A stretch of DNA of 64,000 nt, from assembly GCF_001194135.2 (NCBI RefSeq), contig NC_068993.1, positions 32,628,270 through 32,692,269 of the forward strand, in the 5' to 3' direction. Both the position numbers and the translations under genes were made by a program. The DNA comes from Octopus bimaculoides (taxonomy: Eukaryota). Below, piece after piece: positions 39,729 to 52,914 of this stretch; the first letter of the stretch is position 1; every line of letters begins with the position of its first letter. The notes below the pieces were generated by a model. The model was given only the letters and a program-made list of their open reading frames with translations, had not been told where the DNA came from and did not search any database.

Positions 39729-39856
39729 GATTACATATATGTGTGTGTGTGTGTGCATAGATATATTTATATTGTGTGTGCAGGTGTACGTGTGTATGTG
39801 TGCATGTGTGAAGTTGTGATGAATTTTAATCGAAGCAGGGAAAGTAAACAACCGAC

Positions 39857-39916
39857 CTTCTTCGTTCTTTCTTCATCTCTTCCTTCACCTGATCATCAAG
39901 GGTAGCAAATTGCTTA
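39857..39916 (-). CDS. TAF1: TAF1 exon 16, (I)KQFATLDDQVKEEMKKERR(R)
   Basis: 60 nt, phase 2/2, CAG acceptor, GTCGGT donor. Confidence 0.93.
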
Positions 39917-41424
39917 CTGGAAATAATAATACACAGAAAGAATATGAAAATACATGTATAATTATGCAGTACCATATAGAGTGAAAGCAAGATAAAGAGA
40001 GAGGGGGAGGAGGGAGAGAGAAAATAGTAGTAACAATATTTATATTACATAAATAATAGTTAAATTTCCCTCAAATCAGTTTACCTTATTAAGAAAAAAG
40101 AAAGGACACAAATGAAATCTTAGATATGCAAAAAAAAAGAGAAATAGGTTGGTACTGTCTTGAACCCTAACCTTTGTTTAGATGCCTGCTCCATCAAAGC
40201 ATCAGAGCTGCCCTAAAGTCTAAACAACCCCTGCAACATGGTATTTAGCTTCAACATAGTGGTATTTAGCTTTTCATGTTCTGAGTTTGAAGCCACTGCA
40301 TCACTAGCAGAACTGAAATATTTTCCATGGACACAGCATTGAGCTACCAGCTGATAGATCATGAGTATAACACTGCAGGTATTTGGGTTAATTCTATATA
40401 TCTCAGGACATTTAGATGGTTTTGTTTTTGTTATTTTACATGTGTTAATCAGAAGAGGAAATATAACCTCCACCCCACATATGATCCTTTATTATTTTCA
40501 GGACTTCTGAAACTTGTGAAAGGAAGTGAAGTTCTCCTCAAACCAGAGACATGTCTCGAATACTTGCAACAAAATTAAAAGTAACCCATTAAAAGTAAAC
40601 CAGGTGATGGATTCAACCTACTGCCCAAGAATAGGAAAAGTTCTTCCACACAAGAGTAAGTAGATCCTGAGTTCAAACCTAAGGCAGGTATTTTGATGTG
40701 TTTTCAAGAGGCTAGTCCACTTTAATTCTACATTGCCTCATTACTCCAGTTGTTCCCTCTAACAGGTCCTCTTTGGAGAAGGCAACCTGCTATCGACCTG
40801 CCCCTGACCACCACCACCACATTGGTATCTTATCCAAAGAAAGAATCATCTTTTCATTTAGTTAACAGTGTTAAACCACAGCTAAGCACTGATCCTTGAA
40901 AAGCTTTTGAGAGTTTAAGTAGACTCATTGACATAACATAATTACTCCTCACACACACAAGGGGACCTCTATGTGGTTGCTGGACTTGCTAGACGATGAC
41001 AACAACAACAGCATTAGTAGCAGCAACAGTGGCACCACCACCACCACCACCACCATCATCATCATTTAGTGTCCACTTTCAAATGATGTCAATGATGATT
41101 ATCAAACCAGTCCAATGACCACACAGAGCCTTCCTTGTATCTGCAAAGTATTCATGTGACATCAATAAGGCGACTTAAACTATCAATGACATTCTCACTA
41201 TGCATAGGCCAAGTGCAAAATTATCATGTTTGAATTACTTTTGTTCATAGATTAACTCAGAGTGAGCTGACCAGAGGCTAAACAACAACTACAAACTACA
41301 TCAAGAACTTTTCATACCATTATTTCAGTTATTTCTCTCTCTAGTAAGGTATATATTAAGGTATATATTGACTGAACAGATTCAGAAATGATGAAAGAAA
41401 GAAGGTAAAGATTAATCCACTAAC

Positions 41425-41561
41425 ATAAATGCAGGATCCTTTGTTTGTCTTATCCTCACATAAGTGTCTATCACAGCTGGTTTGCGGACAATTTCAGATC
41501 GAGTAAACTCCTTTCCTGATTCGTCTCGGAATGTACGAGTAATTTTTAATTTCCTGCCACC
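41425..41561 (-). CDS. TAF1: TAF1 exon 15, [45 protein letters not shown]
   Basis: 137 nt, phase 0/2. Confidence 0.96.
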
Positions 41562-42912
41562 CTAGATAAAAAAGAAAAAAATTATTTGATTAATAAATTC
41601 ATGTATTGTATTGTAGTATCGTTGCTGTGGGACAGTAATAAACTTCTGGAAAGTTATGTTTGCAAAGTGATTTTGATTCTAATTTAGGTCATTTTCGTAA
41701 TCTTACTCTTCATAATTTTCTCCTTCCTTGAGAAGTTTAGCACCTCTTCCTTGTAATATCTTCTGCAGAATCCTTGTAACATGACACATTTCAAACCCAA
41801 AACCAACCTTGGCAATGCTGCAGTATTTCACTATTTGTTGTATTATGCATCGAAACATAAACTTGTGAATGTTTATAGAAGATATAAAGTATAACGTGCA
41901 ACATTGTTCTATGAAATAAATTAGAAGAACCACACCATTAAATATAACTTCTATTTCTTCTCAAGTTCAGATTCTTTAGAGGAATTCTGTTGTCTATTGA
42001 AATTATTATATAAAAAATTTCAATATTTTTTTCAGGTTTTCTGCTGGATTTTTTTCTACTTTCTTTCCATCAGTATATCAAGAAAACACCAAAAGTAAAC
42101 TTTTTATTGATTTATAGGTTTGAAAACATTTTAAATACTGTATTGTTTATGGAATGGCAACAAACTTGCAGCAGACTAAATATCTTCAGCATTAATTTCA
42201 TCAGAGCTAAAATCCTGCTGAGGTTTTCTTAGCCTTTCATTCCTCTGGCCTTGAGGAAATAAGTACCTTCTCCTGTCAAGGAGTGGCCTTGTGCCTTACA
42301 CTCATACAAGAATTCAATTTTTATATTATTTAGGAAACTGTGGGCTGGCAAAAATCCAACAGAGCAATATAGTTTTGTTGCTGTAGGTTCAGTTTGAATA
42401 TTGCTAAAGTTATCTGTTTCCTATTGACTAACAAAATTTATACCAGGAAAAAATTAACCAGGCCCTTCATCTATAGACTTGTGACATTATACCAATGGTA
42501 GAAATCAATTTTAAATCGTTTTTTTCCCTAACATATTTGAAATTGAGATAAAAATACAGGTTTATATGTTTAGAATTAAGTGCAAATGCAAATTTAAATG
42601 CTATACATAAAAAAAAATCACTAAAAGAATATCAAATTGATAAGAATAACTAAAACAAAATTTGTTTGAAGGAGTTAGCTCCATAAGACAAAGAACATAG
42701 TTCCATAAGAATCTTACAAATGAACAAAAAAAAACAAATGTTGTGACATAGACACAGGGCACAACATTCATATCCACAATATTCATATCAAATGTCTTCT
42801 TTAATAACAAAATATTCTCTGTTAATAAATACAACACATAATGTTAAAATGAGTAGGAATTATAAATAGTGTACAAGTGTGCAATAGTGGTGTTCTACAT
42901 GAAATACTTTAC

Positions 42913-43101
42913 CAGCGAAGAAAATGAAGCACTATCATCATCTTTATTTGGTGCTGACATAGAATTTCCTTGGGTTTGATAAGAAGTAGAAGAAGAGGAC
43001 AAAGCCGGCTTCTTCTTTTTATCATCATTTTCTTTATTAGATTCTTCCATCAACATTTTCTGGAGTTCTTTCCGCATCTGTTCTTCACGTTCAAGACTTA
43101 T
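42913..43101 (-). CDS. TAF1: TAF1 exon 14, ISLEREEQMRKELQKML...KDDDSASFSSL
   Basis: 189 nt, phase 0/0; similar to LSREREEQERKELQRML...DDDTASVTSL. Confidence 0.93.
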
Positions 43102-44184
43102 CTGGAACAAAACCAATGAAACATTAAAATAACATCAAATTTTCCATGCAGGCATGAGTTAGAAGAGATGTACTAGAGTAGTAACCTGCAACTTGACACC
43201 CTTCTTGACACCAATTCTTACTAGTTTTCAATTGATGCTTTTTATTCCATTGGTCTTTGTATGTCAAACTACTGAGCTATGAGACAGAAGCAGTGTCAAA
43301 GCAAATTCATGCACATACACACACAAACAAACACACATATATATGTATAAGGCACAGGTTTGGCTGTATGACTCTGAAGTTTGCTTCTCAATCATCTAGT
43401 TTCAGACTCAGTTCTATGGTATCACACCTTAAACAAGTGTTTTCTATTATAGCTCCAGTAAACCAAAGCTCCATAAGACAAAGAACATAGTTACTTGGGT
43501 AAGAATCTTACTAATGAACAAAAAAAAAAAAAACAAATGTTGTAACATAGACACAAAGCACAACATTCATATCAACAATATTTATATCAAATGTCTTCTT
43601 TAATAACAAAATATTCTCTGTTAATAAATACAACGCATAATGTTGAGTGGATTTGGCAGATGGAAACTGAAACAAGTCAGTTGCAAGGAGGGAGTTCAGA
43701 TTTGGGTGTGTGGGTGTCTCTCTTAGTCTTGATGCTGCCACCATCACTTCCACTAACAACACAACCACCACCACCAACAAAATTATTGTAAATGAGCATC
43801 ACTGTCATAGAAGCAGTGTCATAGGTTTCCAATCTTCGTCAGAAAGACAGGTCAGTTATTGCTCTCCAATTTTTTGTAAATTCTTAAATATAACTCCTTC
43901 TGTGTATATATATACTACCAAACAAACATGATTTTTATTGAACTCATAATACTTTTTGTAGTCCCGTTCTGAATACTTTATCGAATACTTTCTTGTAAAT
44001 AGTTTTTAACATTTTCTTATTATCAAAGAATGTATAACTGTATTTTAATACTTTTGTGACAACCAGTACTTAACACAACAAAGCTTATACAAAGCTTTAC
44101 ATTTTACTTTTGACAATCTTTTTCCAAAAAAGTGAAACCAGTCAAGTCAATAAACATCTTTAAAATTGCATTTTCAAACCTTCT

Positions 44185-44340
44185 TTCATATGTGGTTGGC
44201 GTTAGGAAGGGCATCCAGCTGTAGAAACTCTGCCAAATTTAGATTGGAGCCTGGTGTTGCCATCCGGTTTCACCAGTCCTCAGTCAAGTCGTCCAACCCA
44301 TGCTAGCATGGAAAGCGGACGTTAAACGATGATGATGATT
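44185..44340 (+). mobile_element. Short young RTE 3' tail insertion
   Basis: Near-identical to 22741-22890; (GAT)n tail. Confidence 0.8.
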
Positions 44341-44357
44341 GATATATATATATATAT

Positions 44358-44590
44358 NNNNNNNNNNNNNNNNNNNNNNNNNNNNNNNNNNNNNNNNNNN
44401 NNNNNNNNNNNNNNNNNNNNNNNNNNNNNNNNNNNNNNNNNNNNNNNNNNNNNNNNNNNNNNNNNNNNNNNNNNNNNNNNNNNNNNNNNNNNNNNNNNNN
44501 NNNNNNNNNNNNNNNNNNNNNNNNNNNNNNNNNNNNNNNNNNNNNNNNNNNNNNNNNNNNNNNNNNNNNNNNNNNNNNNNNNNNNNNNNN
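44358..44590. other. Assembly gap (N)
   Basis: Run of N. Confidence 1.
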
Positions 44591-44594
44591 CACA

Positions 44595-44801
44595 CAAGGG
44601 GGTGCTAAAAAGTTCCTGGCTTTAAGGGTATCGCTAAAGGTCTAGTTAGAGGCCCAACCTTCCAAGTTCTTTTACAGGGCTTAGAAAAACTGAAGGACTG
44701 CTGCAATAAGTGTGTGAATGTGAGAGGGGAAAATGTAGAATAAAATTATAATTAACTGTATTTTCTTTTATTCAACGACAGATACTCTTCAGCACACCTT
44801 G
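44595..44801 (+). mobile_element. Mariner-derived MITE
   Basis: TIRs CAAGGGGGTGCTAAAAAGT / CAAGGTGTGCTGAAGAGT; internal LEKLKDCCNKCVNVRGENVE* resembles a mariner transposase C-terminus. Confidence 0.6.
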
Positions 44802-45445
44802 CTATATATATATATATATATCCAGTAGTTCATATATCTAAAAAAGAAGCACACTCTAAAACCTTATAATAGTACATCATCACTTAATGTTCACTTTTTC
44901 ATGCTTGCATGGGTCAGAAGGAATTTTTTGAGGCAGATTTTTTACAGTCACATATGAAGCCTCACCTGTTTCCAAGCAAGGTAACATGCCTTTCCACAGG
45001 AAAACAAAGAACATCATTTATATGAAATAGATTTTTTGTTTATTACCATCATGAGATGTCAGGACAAGGACAAACACATGTAGTACAGACACACATGTTT
45101 GTGTGTATGTGTGTATGTACACAAGCATACAACAGGCTTCTTTCAGATTCTGTTAACCAAATCTGCTCGCAAAGTTCTGGTAAGTCTGGGGCCATAGTAG
45201 GAGACACTTACCCAAGGTGCTACAAAGTGGAACTGAGCCCAAGACCATATGGTTGGGAAACAAACTTCTTCACCACACAGCCACATATATACACACAACT
45301 GGCTTCTGCACAGTTTCTACCTACAAAATTTCACTTACAAGACTGATGGAAATTTCCCTAAATTTCCCAATAAGTTAAATAAAAGAAATTGCGATGAATA
45401 TAGTGTTTAGATCAGAAACAGCAAAAGAAGAAAACAATTGCTAAC

Positions 45446-45569
45446 CTGTGAACTTGTTTTCTTATTAGCCAACATATTTTCAATATTTTTACCCATTTCT
45501 TCAAAATCTGAATCATCACCAGAGCTTGAATTTTCATCAGTTGATAAAATTTCCTTCGATGAGAGAACC
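45446..45569 (-). CDS. TAF1: TAF1 exon 13, [41 protein letters not shown]
   Basis: 124 nt, phase 2/0. Confidence 0.97.
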
Positions 45570-45630
45570 CTAAAACATAGAAAAAACAAATAATTGTCAA
45601 CAATAAAACTATTTTGCTTTCTTCCTTTCG

Positions 45631-45661
<31 letters not shown>

Positions 45662-46086
45662 TCCCCTCTATCTTACATATATACACAGATGCATTCACAT
45701 AAACATAATAATTATCTTTTGTACAATGTGTGAGCATGAGTGTGTGCGCACATGTATGTGTGAGTGTGTGTGAGTGTGTGTGTGTGTGTGTGCTTACTTT
45801 TTACTATGTACATATGTGGTTACCTAAAACTCAACTTTTAAGATGGATTTTCCAGCATCCTCTGACATATCGTGCCACTGCCACTATCACCATCACTTCC
45901 ACCACCATCATTGACATATATGCATATACACAAATATATGTGCATATACATATATGCACACACACACACACACACATAAGTATATATGTATGTATATACT
46001 CAACCACAAGCACACACATTTATTTATACAATGTGTAATGGGGGAGTATACATGCAAACATGGAAAAATATGTGTAGACGAAAATG

Positions 46087-46144
<58 letters not shown>

Positions 46145-46196
46145 ATATTGAGAGAAATGATGGCTGCAAGAAGGGGAACAACTCTAAGTGAACTCA

Positions 46197-46358
<162 letters not shown>

Positions 46359-46961
46359 TCAATCTAACTGGGAGGTCATAGCTAGACTACCTTATGGATG
46401 GGGTGGTCAACTTTATACAATTCAATCATCCTGAGTTTGTTTCTGTCTTACAGCCATATTTTCCATCATGACACAGGTTACACAATGGACACAAAAGTAA
46501 TGTTTCATGACTGGATGCTCTTCTTGTCACCAACCCTTATGTGTTCTTCAAGAACTGGATTTTTTATTCCACTGATCTTTGAAAGGGCAGAGCTGCAGGA
46601 TGTATTGTTTACTGAGAATGTAAACATAACATCCTGTAGCTCTGCACTTTCTAAAAATGTAAACATAACATCAAAGTTTTGCTCAGTGTCAAAGATGTGT
46701 GCTGGAAATATTCTCATACACACACACACACACACACACATGGGATCTTCTTCTAAGTAGACCTTGTAAGGGGTCAAGACTTCACCAAACAACACACCCG
46801 TTAGTCACATGTAATAGAGTGGAGTGTCTTGTCCAAGAAGGTAATTTATCATTTATCTACCTAATGCCATGAAATCAGAGATAATCTATCAGCTCTTAAG
46901 AGCATCATCAGAGATGAGGAGGCCTTTATATTTTACCTGCATACATGCATGCACATGCATG

Positions 46962-46992
<31 letters not shown>

Positions 46993-48320
46993 ATTCATGT
47001 TGTAGGAAAAATTATAATAAACACTAGTTTATGTCATTTGTTCCCTATGTACATTTCACCATTATGGTTGTTTGAAACCTTTACATCAGATGCCCCAAGT
47101 ACAATTAGATGCTAAATCACAATGGACCATCAGGGGAGCACTGTACAGCATTACTTTACAATGATCAAGATCAACATAATGCTATAAAATGTTCCCCCGA
47201 TGACCAGTTGTGGTTAAACATGCAAAAGCACTTGGAACATCCAACTAAGTGTTGCTTCACAACATAAAAATGTTATCTTCATGTACCATATTTAGAGCAA
47301 TTTGATCTGGTAGGGACCCACACCTCTCCAAACAGCACAATTGTTAAGTTACCTTGTGACAGAATGGTATGTCCTGTCTTTTGTCTGCCATGAAACCAGA
47401 GGTAATCCACTTTCAAATAAATAGAGCCCTTTATAATTTAGTTGTTAAATAATAGCTGGAAGTGAATCACCAATTTATGCAGTGCAAGAAGAAACAGAAT
47501 TATAATCTAATAAAATAAATGCACATCAATCACATAGTACTCCTGCAGCTTACAGCAATGAAGCAGAGTCAAGACTCTGCTTCTGAAGTAGCAAAACATG
47601 TACCATCTCTACCTCCTGCTCTGTTTAAAACTCACCTGATGCATCCAAACTCCCTCCTTTTCCTCACCAAATATGGTTCATTCCACTCATAACTATCACT
47701 ACCAGGTCCTATACTAAACACCTTGTCTAGTCCTTTCAACACTACAGAATTGCTAATCTCTGGAATTTCCACTCTGATCAAAACCATTTTCTCCCACCCA
47801 CCCACCAACTCACCCTTCACTCATCAAGATTCAAGATGTTAAGTCAAACATCAATCACATCAATCTCACAACTCTGCAACAGTTTCCAAAGGTTATGAAT
47901 AACATTCTTCTTCCTTGGAATAATGAAATATAACAAGAAAAAAAAAACAATATGGGAATGGAAGAATACAACCTACCTGAACCCATCCTCCATTACTTGA
48001 CATTTGTGGAAAAAATTCAATTCAGTAATGCAGCCTAGTAAAACACAGTGCTCCCTCTGCTTTCACTGACAAGCAGTACATCTGTATCTACATACGGTCA
48101 TTATTTGTAGTTAGGTACACGGGTAGTTTAAGTATCTTGTTGCAGAAACACAGTGTTGCCATAGTTACAAGATATAAATAACCAAATCTTATTCAAATTA
48201 ATAAACTGATGTCTACCAACCTAATCAGCTACAACACTCAGGGTCTAACATAGTACTCTATTACTAAGTTAGTATTATAGGGATTCATTTAGAAAACCTT
48301 CAGGGGATACACACCTGTAC

Positions 48321-48399
48321 CATCTTGTCCTGTTTTAGCCTGAGCTGTTGACATGGTTCTCACAACATCAATAACTTCCCATCGAGACAATTTTTTAAT
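48321..48399 (-). CDS. TAF1: TAF1 exon 11, [26 protein letters not shown](G); alternative in-frame donor extends to 48315
   Basis: 79 nt, phase 0/1; [15 protein letters not shown] motif. Confidence 0.94.
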
Positions 48400-48515
48400 C
48401 TAAAACAAGAAAATTTATAAGTGACTGATTAATTGACAAACAGATATTTTAGATTAAATATTACACACATTTATGAACAAATGACAGATCCACTATAACA
48501 TATCCATTAACTTAC

Positions 48516-48785
48516 CTCTGACTCCTGCACCCCAAATTTGCGGAGAAGCTGTTTTGCATCTTTAAGATTAAGTCTTCGTAAATCAGCATCAGTGCCTGTA
48601 ACTGTACGCTTCACAGGGGTCTGACTATTCCCTTCTTCCTTTGGTTGAGGTTTATTGGGTACCTTCACATAGGAGAAACCTTCCCCGCAACCTGTCGGAT
48701 CAGCAACTCCAGTTAGATCAAGAAGGCACTTGCCTTTCATAGCAGAAATAAAGGCTCTTGTTGTGTTCCAAGGTGCTGTCCGTAC
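48516..48785 (-). CDS. TAF1: TAF1 exon 10, [19 protein letters not shown]...[10 protein letters not shown]...KFGVQESE
   Basis: 270 nt, TAG/GTAAG; overlaps ORF 48507..48740. Confidence 0.98.
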
Positions 48786-49142
48786 CTACATTAAAAAGAA
48801 ACTAGATCTCATTTACAAAACTTCACATAAAGTCAAATAATAAAAATAATAATAGATTTGTCCCATAACTGCTTAATGGGTTGTTATGGGGTAATTAACT
48901 GCTGAAGACTTGGTCTTTGTATAGATAGGACAAGTCTGCCAATTAAACATATTCTAATCTCTAAACCATATCCATAACCATAGAAGAGTTAGAACTGAAA
49001 TGCCATGGTTTAACAGAACACTTGTTAATCACATAGTGCTTACAACAGCAAAGTTTTTTTTGTTTCATCTCCACACAATAGTATTTGTAATAGGCTGGGA
49101 TATGAATTAGTTAATATTAGCAAGCTAATTAATTTTAGTAAC

Positions 49143-49223
49143 CTCATCATCAATCTTCATCTGTGTCTCTTCCTCATTATCATCTTCAGGGGCAAACAGA
49201 GACTTTTCACCATATCCTGCATC
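49143..49223 (-). CDS. TAF1: TAF1 exon 9, [27 protein letters not shown]
   Basis: 81 nt, phase 0/0. Confidence 0.97.
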
Positions 49224-49479
49224 CTGTAAAAAAAAAGACCAACACATTAAATGAAATGTTCAAATAAGGTTACCAATTATTTAACTTTAGTATAAGGATG
49301 AGGGAGGAGCATGACTAAAGTTACCCCCCCCCCACCAGTATTTGACTAAAGTCAACCACCAGCCCCCAGTGATATTTCAGCTGAGAATATGAAAGGATAG
49401 GACTAAATACCTACAAGAGAGAGAGAGAATGTACTGCAGAGTGTAAAGTCCAACATTCTACTGAGTTTGCCATCCACCA

Positions 49480-49860
49480 CCATAAATAAAGTTAGATTGA
49501 GAGAAAGAGGTGAAAAGACAGAAAGATTAAGATATAGTGGATGGGTGGGTGAATGGATGGATGGATGGGACAAAAGGAAAAGGGATGGAAGGAGAAAGAC
49601 AAAATGGAGAGACAGAGAAAAGGAGAAGGGAGGAAGAAAGGAAGATAGAGGAGGGGAAAGAGAGAAGGGAGTGAAGGGTGGAAAGAAGGAGGAAAAGAGG
49701 AAGGACAGAAAAAAGAATTGAAGAGAGAAAAAAACAGAAAAATAGAAAGACAGAGAAAAGAGAGAGAGAGTGAGAATGAGAGGAAAGTAAAGAATTCTAC
49801 TGCAAATCAAAAGAAGACTAAAACGAGCAAAAATGAAGAACAGAGCAAATAAAATAAGAG
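49480..49860 (+). repeat. Polypurine (GA-rich) low-complexity tract
   Basis: Direct reading; lies just 3' of exon 8 on the transcript. Confidence 0.85.
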
Positions 49861-49883
49861 ACCACTGATGGCCATTAGCTTAC

Positions 49884-50014
49884 TTTTAATCTTTGCTCAG
49901 CAGCCAGCATGGCATAATAGCCACAACATTGTTCTGGGGACACCATTGCTCGCATCTCTTCTTCAGTGGGTAAACGAAAGTCTGGTTTCAATACCCACCA
50001 GTTTGAGTCCATTC
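49884..50014 (-). CDS. TAF1: TAF1 exon 8, [44 protein letters not shown]
   Basis: 131 nt, phase 1/0, CAG/GTAAG. Confidence 0.98.
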
Positions 50015-51641
50015 CTGGTAAAAAGACATTTATTTCCAGTTCAGAATGCAGTTATAAAATATTACCAAAAGATAAAAAATAAAGATATGAGGTATGAAGG
50101 AAGAATGGAAATCAACAATAAAGAAAACGTGGAGGCCTGCAAGCCACTTGGCAGTCAGCCCATCAAGGTAAGCAGTATGTATTTACTTTGGCATCAGCCT
50201 TGATAACCTCCATCCATTTCTTTAGTTACCAAACACAGTAATAAAACCAAACAAAACATTCATTATCATTTAGAGTCCATTTTCCATGCTGGAACTGGTA
50301 AGCTGGAGAGCTGTACTAGGCTCCAGTTTGTTTTGGTTTGGTTTCTACAGCTAGATGCCCCTCCTAATGCCAACCACTCCATTGAGTGTCTTGGATGTCC
50401 TTTATATGTCACCAGCACAGGTGCCTTTAACGTGTCACCAGCATGGGTGCCTTTTATGTGTCACCAGCACAGATACCTTTTGCATGTCACCAGTACGTTA
50501 GAATTGAATTATTATTGTTTTCCGTATCACATGCATTTAGTGAAGAACAGCATCATTGCTTACAGAACAATCACTGGTTCATTGGTGATGGTAATGACAA
50601 AGGATACTCTGTGAAACTCAGATAGCAGAAAATCTACACAGGGTATTTTTCAAAAACACATTTTCTTGGTTTTCTCAGCAAATTTTATTTCATCAATATT
50701 AATGGTTGTAGCAATGATGTGGCTGCTGTTGATACTTGTCCTTGTTGTGGTTATTGTTGTTCAACTTTAAGTCAGCCCTTATGGAACAGATCTGATACTT
50801 CAATAGCATTCCAGCAATGAAACCATCCAATTAGTTTTTCAAGCATATCATCATCGTTATCATCATCATTTAGTGTCCATTTTCCATGCTGACATGGATT
50901 AGGTGATTTGACTGGAACTGCACCAGGCTCCAGTCTGTTTTGGCTTGGTTTCCACAGTTGGATGCACTTACAAATGCCAAACACTTCATAAGAGTGTAGT
51001 GGATGCCTTTTAAGTGTCACTAGCATGAGTGCCTTTTCCATGTCACCGGCACTGGCCACGACTGCAATTTCACTTAGTTTAATGTATCTTCTTAAGCACA
51101 GCAAATCACCAAATGTTTCGGTCACTTGTCATATCTTAAAACATGAAAATGAACGCATTCTTCAATGTGTTCATTTATTTTTGTTTTTAGATGTTAGGGT
51201 GTTATACGAGGTAGATTTAGCTGTTATTTCTAGCATGTCAAAGAGGACCATAGGCATGGCCTAACCAATGAAGTCAGAAGGTTGTGATTAATAATGAGGC
51301 AGTAATAAATAATTAATAAGGAAGTTGTTATTAGTAACAAGGTACTAATGACTAAGTAATAAAGAAATTGTAATGACGTCTTCACAACTTAACCACACAT
51401 GGTGAGTTGTGTTCATCACAGATATTCAACCAGTTGAGAAATGTCCATCACTTACAGAAAAGACATGAGACCATTTCAGAGCTTAGAACACATGGAACAT
51501 TGTACAGTAATGATGGTGGTGGTGGTAGTGGTAGTGAGGGTATTGTTATTAATTACTGTTGTTGTTGTTGCTTAGCATAGGTCAGTTCAGATCCAACAGA
51601 CCTACAATCATTGTTCCAGCCAGACTAGACTCGTAATATCA

Positions 51642-51869
<228 letters not shown>

Positions 51870-52159
51870 TCAAAGTGAACAGACAAAAACAGTTGTTATA
51901 AAAGAAAAACATAGATCCAAAAGACACTAAGTAGTTCAATGGAGTATTACAGTAGGAATGTTCTGGGCAATATTGGGGGAATTGATACACGTTATGTTGT
52001 TTTATGTAAATATATCATTATCCAGCCCCTACACTAAACCTATTATGGTAATTATACAACACCAATACAACATTCACTTCAACCACATAACATCAAATGT
52101 TTCCACTGCATTGTCAGTAAATTTTCTTTCATTCTTCTTTCTTTTCTTTTTTTTTTATT

Positions 52160-52375
52160 TGTTTATTTGTTTCAGTCATTTGACTGCAGCCATGCTGGAG
52201 CACTGCCTTTAGTCGAACAAATCAACCCCAAGACTTATTCTTTGTAAGCCTGGTACTTATCCTATTGGACTCTTTTGTCGATCCACTAAGTTACAGGGAC
52301 ATGAACACACCAACACCAGTTGTCAAACGATAGTGGGGGAGACAAACAAAGACGCACAAACATATACACACACAC

Positions 52376-52423
<48 letters not shown>

Positions 52424-52545
52424 AGCTTCTTTCAGTTTTTGTCAACCAAATCCATACATAAGGCTTTGGTTGGCCCGTGGCTATAGTAGAAGACACTTGA
52501 CCAAGGTGCCACGCAGTGAAACTGAACCCAGAACCATGTGGTTGG
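52160..52545 (-). mobile_element. SINE family A copy with internal (TA)n/(CA)n
   Basis: Homologous to 63220-63600. Confidence 0.8.
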
Positions 52546-52914
52546 TATGCAAGCTACTTCATATAATAATTTTTTTTACCACATTGAATATATTGATCAC
52601 CAGCAGTTGGAGGCTGTACTCTGCATGTGCGTGCATGCGTGCGTGTGTGTGAGCTTAGATATCGTCATTATCATATCATCATCTGCTAACGTCCAGGGTA
52701 CGTCAAGGGCAAGGCCTGCAAGGTCTGCCACAGCAACGTCAATGAGCTGAGGTCCTCTGTCAACTGCAGGTAAGCATAATGCATGAAGTGGAAATGCAAG
52801 GAAGGGAAAAGATGAAGAGATATAGTTTGGTTTGTTGTGTAGGGTGTGTGAGAAGTTTTCTAGTTAAGTGTGAGTGGGTAGGGCACACAGCAGTTTTAGA
52901 ACTCAGTTTCGCTG

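Noticed and set aside
47950-48020. Possible exon ending at CAG|GTAGGT near 47977
   Set aside because: No TAF1 similarity; exons 11 and 12 join with the conserved spacing
49403-49810. F/S/L-rich and R/K/E-rich ORFs
   Set aside because: Translations of a polypurine low-complexity tract
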